The notes under the pieces are model-generated. The model saw only the letters and a program-made list of their open reading frames with translations, made no database searches and was not told the DNA's origin. From positions 498,001-558,000 of the forward strand of contig MU057719.1 of assembly GCA_013265495.1 (NCBI GenBank): a DNA stretch of 60,000 nucleotides, written 5' to 3'. Position numbers and translations under genes: made by a program. This DNA comes from Vicugna vicugna. Lineage: Eukaryota. Shown piece after piece: positions 25,124 through 34,751 of the stretch (the first letter of the stretch is position 1; each line of letters starts with the position of its first letter).

Positions 25124-27172
25124 ACTTGGCAAACAACTTCTTCAAGCCTCAACCTCTTTACCTGTAAAAGGGGGCAGTTCTTTACTTGGACGGTCACGTT
25201 AGTGTCTGCAGAGCTGACCTGCCTGGAGCCCCAGGGGTGCTCCCTGGCACGGGGAACAGGACTCACTGTGGTGGCGGCTCTGTTGCGCAGGTGAGGACGC
25301 TGAGGTTGGAGAGGGGAGATGGCGGGCCCGTGGCCTCACAGCCCACCAGCTGCTGGGGAGGAGGTGACGCCGCCCTCCTGCGACTGGGGCTTTGTGGGCC
25401 TCCCCAGGAGGGGAGGCGGAGGGCGGGGGCGGGTGCATCTGGCAAGCCCCAGGGGCTCTCTTCCAAGTGAAAAGTCACCTGGACCCACCTCGCCTCCCAC
25501 TCTGACCTTCCCCACGTGCCCACTCCTGTTTCCCAGTCCCTCGTAGAAAGGCTGCCCTCTTGGCTGCTTGTCTCAGAAGAGCTGTGACCCTCGGCTGCAT
25601 GCGTGGCTGGCGTGGGGCCTCCTGCAGGGGAGGGGCCCAGCCCCCACGCGCCGTGTTCACCCGGGAAGGGCTGGGTTGGCCTTTGGTCCCAAACGTGGAG
25701 AGATGCTTGCTGTTGTCCTCTGGTTTCGGAAGCTGTCTGGTGCTTCAGCTGTTTCCCCGTCACCACTCCAGCGCAGCCGGAAGGCGTGGTGAGGAGACTG
25801 GCTCGTTAAGACCAGAGAGCCCTGGTCTGGGGCAGGCGGGCCATTAAGGCATGCATTTGGCTTTCGTTTCAGCAGGTGGGAGCAGGGGGCACTGAAACAG
25901 TGTGTTCTGTGGGGTCTCTCTGGAGCCAGATTGGGAGGGATGGGGGTGGACGAGTGTGAGGGTGGATGCTCTGATGTTGACCTTGAGGCCACTGTCAGAA
26001 AAGAGGGAGAGATGGAGAAAATGAGGTGGCAGAGACAAGGGCGATGTCACAGGGCTTGTGAGCCAGTGTTAATGGCTTGGCTCGGGGCTTCTGGGGTGGG
26101 GAAGGGCACCCCCTCAGCCGAGCTGATCTGTCTGAGCCTCGCCTGCCCGAGGACCCGAGCAAAAGGATGGTGGAGTGGAACCCTCCGGCGTTCGGAAGCT
26201 GGCTTAGCGATGTTGGTTGCACAGAGAACTACTCGAAAAGCAATTTCCTGTTGGCTTTGCAGAAACCCTCTGGTTTGACCCTGACCTTCAAGTCTTGATA
26301 AGGCGGGCCACGTTTTATCCCTCCGGCTCAAACAGGCCATTAGCTGGAGCGCTGGATCTTTTGAGGACTGCTGGGAACAATTTCCCATCCCGTACAGAGA
26401 GGAAATCATTGATTCTTTCCTCGGACAGCTGCGGGCTCAGAGGAGTTCTTGCCGTACCTCCGTCTGTGTTCTCTGAGTCTGGGACCCGGGGCAGGGCCTG
26501 GCGCACAGTAGGCACTCAGTAAGTGCTGACTGCGGACAAAGCCGAGGACGCAGCTTCCTCCGCCAGCCACCCGCTCTGCCCAGACTTCCAAGGTCATACT
26601 TCTCCAGGACTGTTGTTCTTGGTGAGTTTCCCCTCACGCGTTGATGAGGAAGTGCACTGAGATCAGGATGGGGAGGCCTCGCCGCCGTCAGCATCTTGGC
26701 ACAGCCCTGCCTGGCTTGGCTGCCAGAGTGCCTCCCTCCTGCTGGAAGCTGGCCTCCTCACCTTTCAGAACCTGCTTCCTGTGACTCACCTGAGCCCCCT
26801 CTGCATTTTCACTGGGAAGCCCCCTCCTGGTCTCACGACGCCAGTTGTCTGGGGCTGGCGAGCAGGTGGGAGGTGCGTGGAAGGAGCTGGCTGAGCACAG
26901 CTGGGCCGCATCCCCAGAGATACCGGGTGTGCAGCAGCCTCCGCCTTCTTACAGACCAGAGAGGAGGGGAGTAGCCGGGGGCGGGGTGTGGGGAGGCCAA
27001 GGCCCCCGCCTGGTGCTCCTGGAAGGGGCCAGAGGGCATCGGAAATGGGTCAAGGCGTCCTTGTGGGAGGAGGTTCCGGGATCAGGGGTCAGAGGTCAGG
27101 AGGCTTGCTGAGGTGGACTTGTGGTCTGCCTTAGAGGGACCCCCTCTTCCAGCACGGAAGAGGCCAAGTGTG

Positions 27173-27289
27173 TTTTTTAAAACATTTTATTGATAGATTC
27201 ATTTATTTAATTTGACGGAGGCACTGGGGATTGAACCCAGGACCTCGTGCGTGCTAAGCACGCGCTCTGCCGCTGAGATACACCCTCCC
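27173..27289 (-). mobile_element. tRNA-Ala-derived SINE (camelid Vic-1-like)
   Basis: Minus strand: gggagggtgtatctcagcggcagagcgcgtgcttagcacgcacgaggtcctgggttcaatccccagtgcctcc plus an A-rich tail. Pol III A-box-like and B-box (GGTTCAATCC) motifs are present. Confidence 0.85.
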
Positions 27290-27297
27290 TATTCACG

Positions 27298-27850
27298 GGT
27301 TTTTTGGATTGAAGTGTAGTCAGCTTACAGCGTTGTCTCGGGTTCTGGTGCGCAGCGTCACGGTTCAGTCACACTGCGCGTGCGTACGTTCCTTTTCACG
27401 CCCCTTTCACCGTCTGTTACCTCAGGGCTCAGTGCAGTTCCCTGTGCCGCGCAGGAGGACCTCGTTGACTCTGTTTCGTGTGTGGTAGTTGGTGGCTGCA
27501 GACCTCGAACCCCCGCTTTACCCCTTCCCACCCGCTTGCCCCTGGTGACCTTAGGTTTGTGTCTACGCCTGTGAGTCTGCTTCTGTTTTGTAAATAAGTT
27601 TGTCTTTTTTTCAGATTCCACACTTTAGTGATCTCATATGGCGTTTTTCTTTCTCTTTCTGGCGTGCTTCTCTTAGAATGACCATCTCCAGGTCCATCCG
27701 TGTTGCTGCAAATGGCATTATTTCATTCTTTTTTATGGCCGAGGGGTGGTCTATTGTATAAATACACCACAACGCCTTTACCCAGTCTTCTGTCAACGGG
27801 CATTTTGGTTGCTTCCCTGTCTTGGCTGTTGTGAACAGCTGAGCGCAGTT
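27298..27850 (-). mobile_element. 5'-truncated LINE-1, same family as 21327-21956
   Basis: Colinear with the 21.3-kb copy. ORF 27611..27895 encodes QLFTTAKTGKQPKCPLTEDWVKALWCIYT...AIKKNEIMPFAATRMDLE (L1 ORF2 C-terminus). Confidence 0.9.
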
Positions 27851-29509
27851 TGAATCACACTTGGTAGTCTTGGCGGGAGGAGGAGGGGCCCGCATCCCTG
27901 GGGAGCACCGTCCTCCCAGGAGAGCTGGGATGAGACAGAGGGAGGCATCAGCCCTAGGAGATCAGTGCAGCTGCCTTCACCCCGACAGGTGGGCTTCCCC
28001 GTCCATGGCGCTGGGGGTCCCTCGCGGCAGGTGTCTTGCTTCATGGCAGACTGGACCAGACCAGCTGGGTCAGAGCTGACCCTCCCGTCACTGCGGGTTG
28101 AACCTGGTGGACCCCAGGGCGTGTCTCCCCCTGTGAAACGGGAGCGCGTATTAGCTCGTGAGCCGTGCAGAGCAGCGAGCAGACCGCGGGTGTACAGAGC
28201 TCTGCTCCCAGTGCAGGCCCAGCCGCTGACGATGCCACTGGAGAAAGTGGAATTCCACCCGACGGCGGCGCAGCACGTCTGAGTGCCAGGCTCTCTCAGA
28301 GCGGCCCGACGGCGAGTGGCGGGCACAGCAGTGAGCAGGATGCCGCTGTCCCTCACGGCCTGCCCTTGGCGTGGGGCGAGGCCGGGCCCTGGAAGACCTC
28401 GGTATCTCGGGCCCTGCATGAAGTCCGTAGGAGTTCATCCGTCAGCCCGTGGGCATCGCGTGTCTCCGTCTCCGGGTCTCCGCTGCGTGAGAAGTGAAGG
28501 AGGTGCCCTCCGTGGAGGAGGTGCTCCTGTTAAATTGTCCGGACGTCATCGAGTCCCCGAGCCGCTCAGTACATCTCCGGCTGGGCCTGCGTGGAGCAGC
28601 CGGTGAGCTGGAGCCGCGCTGGCCTTTACCCCGGGGAGGCCCCCTGCGTCCAGTGCTACGGGCAGACCTGGCGGCTCGGCCCCCGACGGTGTGGGAAGCT
28701 GGGGCCGTGAGGTTGGACAGACCCAGATCCGGGCCTCCCTGTTTCCTTAGCTGTGAGGTGGGTGATGAGTGATCCCAGCTTGGGGGTTTGTCCTTGGATG
28801 AATGAGCGAGGCGCTATGCCCGGCCAGGGCCCAGAAGCCGGCGGGCAGTGCTAACGTGTGCGGGAGTCAGTGGTCGTGGACCCCGCGTTCCCCCTGCCTG
28901 CTTGTTTTTGGAGGAGATGCTTCTGGAAGCGAGAGCTGCCACCCACATGGCTGCAGCCATCTGTGGGGCCTTGGACGCCTCTGAAGCCGTCACGGGATCC
29001 CTGCTGGGTGGCGGAAGCAGGGCCGTTTCAGAGACAAGGTTAATGCGCCGTAGACGGTCATCCATTGACCATTTGTTCATTCATTCCCTCGCTAGATTCC
29101 GAGCCCCTGCTGTGGGCCGCTGCCCAGGTGTTTGGCACAGGTGGGGGAGAAGAGGGTCCCAGGCCCCGCCCCTACAGAGCATCTGGCCAGCTTGTCACCT
29201 CAAGGCCACCTGTTTATTTACCCCAAGGGCCCCAAATTTGAAAGCTCCAGTCCAGCAGGCAGCGTCTATTAAATAGTGATGAGGTCACTTAAAATGGGTT
29301 TTGAATAAGCATAGCATAAATAAACAAGGAATTAATTCATTTTCCCATGTCTTATTGATCAAAGACCTTGTCATTGGCTGCCAGTCAGAGCATCTGATCG
29401 ACAGGCCTCCGCCGCCTGGCCCCCCAGGAGTTCGTTTCGCTCCAGAGGAAGCAAAGTGACTTGTCGTCACCAAGCGCAGTTTTAGTGCCACTTGTTGAAA
29501 TATTTCAAG

Positions 29510-29780
29510 AAACTCAGTGCTGTCTCTGAGCCTCAGTTTCCACCCCTGCAAACTGGGGCTCAGAGTAAAAGTTCCTTGTAGGGATGGAGCGAAGGCCAGG
29601 AGTCTGGCCTTGGAGGTTCAGCTGACCCAGACCCGTCCCCGCTCTGTCACCTCCTTGCGGGTGACCTTGGGAGGGCTGGGCAGCCTCTTGGGCCTCAGTC
29701 TCTCTGCGATGGCTCCTGGTTGCCGTGAGCAGCACAGCCCTTCGCCAGGAGCCTGGCACCGTGGAAACCTTTGCTACACG
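29510..29780 (+). mobile_element. MIR fragments
   Basis: tctctgagcctcagtttcc...ctgcaaactgggg and gtgaccttggg...ggcctcagtctctct. Confidence 0.55.
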
Positions 29781-32659
29781 AGAGCTTTGGAGACTCTGGG
29801 GTGGCAGGGCACCAGAGTGCAGCCCCTCGTAGTGATGAGCCTTGAGCCAGGAGTCAGGCCTGCACAGAGGGGTGAGTCCCATCCCAGAGTCCAGCCCCGG
29901 GGTGCCCGGCGTCCTGGGGGCTCCGAGGGGCAGGGCAGCCAGCCCACCTTGGACGCTCAGACCCCGCCTTGTTCCTCTTCAGCAGTGCTTTCCCTCCCTC
30001 CTCAGGTAGGGGCCTGTGGTCATCAGTGCCTCTGCACCGTTACGGCATGAATGCGAGCCCACCGTGTCACTGCTCTGAGCTTCGCTTTGTCCGTCTTTGG
30101 AATGGGGTTGCGACGGCTCACACCTCGGGGGCCATCGCAGGCTGTCAGTGGGTTTGTCACTGGAGCACAGGCTGCCATTGTCACCTCCCTCCCTTGCCTG
30201 CCCGGTGCCCGGGCCACGTACGTTCAAATGGCAGATCCCCGGCCAAAGCCAGCTGCCATGTGACCTCATGCAAGGGGCTTCAGCTTCCCGTGCCTCAGTT
30301 TCCCTGTTTGCTGCTGCCTCTCAGAGCTGGGATGCGTGAGCAGCGGGCGTGTGAATGAGCTGCGGAGGGACCTGCCCTCCGGGGCTCTCCTTCCAGCCCT
30401 GCCTGGGGGGACAGCACGCCCAGGGAGGGGCAGCGGGAGGGGCCTCGGGGGCCTGAAGGCTGCCTGCCCGGTGGGGCAGGACCTCCATGTCTCTCCCACG
30501 GGCTGGGGGTGTCCCTGGCAGCATCTCCCCGATCAGCAGGGTGGCTGCCAAGTGGCCAGAGTGGAGCCACTGGAGCTGGGCCAGGAAGCCTTCCCCAGGG
30601 ATGGACGGGGACCTCGAGGCTCAGATCCAGCCCGTGTCCTCAGGGCCCTGCTCTGCTTCTCACATCCAGGGTCCCCATGCTGGGGCCCCGGGACAGCTGA
30701 GTGACAGGTGACAGTGAGCAGCAGGCCTGGGCTGTCCTGTCCTGCTGCGCCAGGGAGCCTGTGTCCTCACGCTAATCTGATTTCAGCCTGATTAGGTCCG
30801 AGGAGACTGGAAAGGGCCCGAAATCAGGGGCTGACGTGTCCGGGACACAGGCAGCCCCGCCTCTCCACGCAGCAGCTGGGCCCGAACGAGGCACTGCTCA
30901 AGGCCAGGAGAGCCCTGCTGTGGCTGGGGTTGGGGAAGCGGGGGGGGGGGGTAGCCCCCAACCACGGGGTGCCCTAGACAAATACAGTGGCCCTGCCCCC
31001 GTGCTGGGCTGCCTGCCGCAGTGGCACTGCCCCCGTGCTGGGCCGCCTGCCGCGGGGCCAGATTTTGGGGACAGACCCTTATCGTGGCCACTCGGCTGGA
31101 CTTCTGAGGCCGAGCTTCTGGATGCTGGTGAAGCAGTGACCGCCCTTTGTGGAGGGCCCCTCTGGCCGAGGAGAGAGAATGCCGCTCGGCCCTGAAGCCA
31201 CGGGAACACGGCCGCCCATCAGGCCTTCCGTGGCCACAGGACACGGATGGGCAGCTTCTGGCTCACACTGGCCCCGGCCCCCTGCTCCACCGTCGCTCTG
31301 CTTGTGGCTGGGACGTCCCTGCAGCCGCTCTGGCCCAGCGTCCTGTCACTTGTACCTTCAGGAGTCTCTCTTCCAGAATCTGAAGCCACCCCTGATGTGA
31401 GTGAGGGAGCACGGGGCTCTGATTGGCTGGGCTCTGGCCACACACCCTGCCGGGCCCAGGGGTGGTGAGGACGGAGCAGAGGAGGACAGGGAGTGGACGT
31501 GAACAGCAGAAGCAGCGGCTACCCACTGCCCTTGCTGAGCGGAAAGAGAAGGGGGCCTGTCCCGTCCTGTCCCGTCTCCATCTCTGGGCCTCAGTTTCTC
31601 TCATTGTACAGCGATCATGACCGTATCACCTACTCTAGCCACTTTTAGCGTGAGAGAGTGTTGGCACGTACACCGGACAGAAGGGACTGGGACCCAGGGC
31701 ATTCTGGAGACAGACCCCGTCCCCCCAAAGGGCGTGCGCCACTCTGGAGCAGACACGGGCTCCAGTCTCAGCTCTGCTGCCTTCTGATCTGGAGCCAACC
31801 TTCTCCGCTCTCTGGGCCTCAGTTCTCCTTACCTGTAAAATGGGGTAATTGTTGGTGGGAGGCCAGGGCAGGCAGCACCAGGACCCAGGAGCCCCGTGGA
31901 TGGATGGGGGTGCGGCTGCTGCCCACTCCCCACCCCCCCCCCGTGGAGCCCGGTGGTTTCTCCCAGTCCCGCGGAGTCCCTGGCCCGAGGTCCGAATCCG
32001 TGTGCACAGCTGTTGTCCAGTGCCAGCCCAGGGAGGGCTTGGGGCGGTTCTGGAAGGTTAGGGGCCTGAGTGGCCACAGTGGGGGCAGGGCCGGGCCAGG
32101 CAGACGCTGTGTCCATGGGGAGCCTGCCCCATTCTGAGCCCCCGAAAGGAAGCCTGGCTGGCCACCTGCGATTATGGTTAGGAGCTGTGTAATTAGCTCT
32201 AAAAATGGGAGGCTGAGGCGGAATTAAAATACACGCTTAGCGGCAATTAGAGACGAGTGGTGTGCAAAAAATAGTGGAGCCAGACTGGAAGCTGCAGCCG
32301 TCCTGCGGGCGGCAGGGGGTGTAGTGGGGGGACCGGGCGGGAGCAGGAGGGTCTGAAGCTGCAGGGCCGGGCGGGGGTGCCAGGTGGGCTCTGGTCCGGA
32401 CCCGGCCCCTCCGTCTGCAGGCTGCGCGCTGGTGTCCACAGGCGGGGCGCTTAAAGCACCTGGCGCGTTTTCAGGCAGGGAGCTGGGAGTCCGGGAGCGT
32501 GGTGTCCGCGGGGCAAGCTCCTCCCTGGGGGCTCCGTGGGAGCGCCTGTCCAGGCCTCTCCCAGCTCCTGGTGGCTTCCCTGGCTCGGGAGCATCACCTC
32601 CGTCCTCACCCAGCCTCCTCCCTGCGGTCTGTTTCTCTGTGTCTCTCTGTTTTCTCCAT

Positions 32660-32938
32660 TAAGTTCTCTTATCAGGGTCAAATACGCAAAACATGAATAT
32701 ACCATTTTAACTGCTTCTAAGAATGCAGTTGGGTGGCATGGGGAGCCTTCCCGAAAATGCTGCATAACCATCACCGCCGTTGTTTCCAGAACTTGCTCGT
32801 TATCCCGAAGAGAAACTCTGTCCCTGGTAAACACTGGCCCCCCTCCCCCCGCCCCACCCTGTTTCTGTCGCTGTGGATTTCCTTGTCCTGGGTCCCTCGT
32901 GTAAGTGGAATCCCGTGAGTTTGGTCCTTCTGTGTCTG
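32660..32938 (-). mobile_element. LINE-1 (L1MB-like) 3' end fragment
   Basis: accattttaac...cataaccatcacc...ttccagaactt...agaaactctgtccc...gtaagtggaatc. Confidence 0.7.
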
Positions 32939-32974
32939 CAGTGTCAGGGCAGGCACGGCTGGGAGAGTTTTAGG

Positions 32975-33174
32975 TCCACACGTCCAAGCCAGTAGCTGTA
33001 GCCAGCGTGGCTGTTAAATTTACATGGATTAGAATAAAGTTAAATGAAAAGTGCGGTGGTTCAGTGGGACCGGCCGCGTTCCGAGTGCTCGGTGGGCACG
33101 TGTGCGTGGCTGCCCGGCCCTCAGCACCCATACGGAGCGTTTCCGTCTCCAGAAAGTTCTGCTGGAGGGCCCTG
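32975..33174 (-). mobile_element. MER3-like hAT MITE
   Basis: gtccaa...tagccagcgtggctgttaaatt...gagtgctcggtgggcacgtgtg...cgtttcc...cagaaagttctgctgga. Confidence 0.7.
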
Positions 33175-33329
33175 CTCCAGGTTCATGGAGACGAGAGACG
33201 TGCTGACCAGCGCCGTGTGTGACGGGGCGGGACCCTGGGCCGGGCTGTCTTTTACTTCTGTCAGCACGCTTTGCTTCCTTTGCCTTCCTGTGTGGAAGAA
33301 ACGTCAGGGCGTTTCTTGGCGGGGCGGGG

Positions 33330-33530
33330 TCGGTGTATGTTAATCTCCTGGTGTTGCCTTTGATGCCGTGGATGGGGGCGTCCTCGTTCTCAGGAACCAC
33401 GCTCGTATGTTTGGGGGAAAGGAGGTCACATCTGCAGGTTACTCTCACATGTTCAGGAGAATTGTACACGGACACACACTCAGACGCACACACCCAGATA
33501 CACACGCACACACACAGGATGGTTAACAGG
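33330..33530 (+). mobile_element. Ancient L1 (L1MC/ME-like) fragment ending in CA-rich sequence
   Basis: gtcctcgttctcaggaaccac...tatgtttggggg...tctgcaggttactctcacatgttcagg. Confidence 0.45.
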
Positions 33531-34606
33531 GCACAACCTTGGAGCCGGTGTCGGCTGTGGTAGTGACCCGCCCGGGCCAGCAGGATGGGGCAGCCCAGCG
33601 CAGAGGCTGCTCCAGGCCTGGGCGTGTCGCCCGTTGGGGGCGGGCGGCGGGGAGGTTGGTGTCTCTGTTGGGGCACCTGCCCTATGGAAGTTCTCGGCGT
33701 AGCTAGGTTCTCGCTGGACCTGCCGTCACTTCTGATTCTGGCCTGTCCTTCATCTAAGTCTGTCCTTGGGTCTAACTCTCCGGCACGCAGTCCCAGGCTC
33801 TCGGCAGGTCTCCTGAAGTCGGGCTGTTGGGCCCTTAGTGCTGCTTATGGATGAGGACGACTGGTAGACCCCGGGTTACCCTTCAGCTGTGTGCGCCGCA
33901 GTCCTCACCCCTCGGTCACCCCCACCCCAAGCTGGATTGGGTGGGCTGATGGCTCCCACGTACCTAACGCCCACTCTGCCATCAGGGTACACAGTTAACC
34001 CAGCCAGGCCCGTCCTGTTAGGCAGCCAGGCCTCAGGAGCGGAAGCCACTCTCTCCAGGTCCCGCACGCTAGAATCATCGACAGGATTCGAACCCGGGGC
34101 TGTGTGACCCCAAGGCCTGCTGCCCCCACGTCCTGACCAGCTCTTTCCCACGGGGACTGGAAGCTGGCTGTCCGGGTCGGCGCCTGCCCCATCCCCCTGG
34201 CTTGGGCTGTGTTGCCAAGCCCACTGCAGGTGCCTGGCTGCCGGGTGGAGGAGGGACCCCAGTGTCGATCTGGGAAGTGGATTTCGGCCTTGTGCACCAC
34301 CAGCCCCTGCTGCGTCTGGTGTGTGTGCCGCTCCCGGTCCACATGGCTTCCGTGGGGCTTTGTCACGTGTCAGGAAACGGGGCGTGTCCGTGCCCAGGAA
34401 GGCATCACACACGTGTGCACGTGTGCGCGCTGACTGAAAACCAGCGTATGTTGTTCAGTGTTCAGACGTGTGGATCCCCGCGCACGGGCGAGCGGGGCCG
34501 CCTGTGACAGCAGGGCGTCCTCTGAGCAGGGAGGTGGTGGTCCCTGTTGGCACACGGAAGCAGAGGTTGCTGCTGGCAGCGTTGCTGCCCTCACAGATTG
34601 TGCAAG

Positions 34607-34634
34607 CTGAGTAATCTTCCCTTCTCTCCTCTAG
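34607..34634 (+). promoter_or_regulatory. VAV2: 3' splice signal: candidate branch point (ctgAg, A at 34610), polypyrimidine tract and AG acceptor
   Basis: ctgagtaatcttcccttctctcctctag lies directly before the exon. The branch-point position is inferred. Confidence 0.75.
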
Positions 34635-34751
34635 TTCCTGTGTTTGAAGAACATACGTACCTTCCTTAAAGTCTGCCACGACAAATTTGGCTTAAGAAAC
34701 AGCGAGCTGTTTGACCCCTTCGACCTCTTCGACGTCCGAGACTTTGGCAAG
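34635..34751 (+). CDS. VAV2: Internal coding exon (exon 2) of guanine nucleotide exchange factor VAV2, part of the calponin-homology domain
   Basis: 117 nt translating to [39 protein letters not shown]. The [17 protein letters not shown] segment matches VAV2 rather than VAV1 or VAV3 as I recall them. Canonical acceptor (cttctctcctctag|TTC) and donor (AAG|gtgagt), phase 0/0. Confidence 0.97.

Larger units (their letters stand above)
1..34634 (+). other. VAV2: VAV2 intron 1 (3' part; exon 1 lies upstream of the window)
   Basis: Inferred: upstream of exon 2, with no VAV2 N-terminal peptide seen in the ORF track. VAV2 has very large first introns in mammals. Confidence 0.8.

Noticed and set aside
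27215..27289. Possible tRNA-Ala gene
   Set aside because: It has an A-rich tail and a diverged cloverleaf, and a TSD-flanked sibling copy exists at 38.3 kb, so it is a SINE rather than a tRNA gene.
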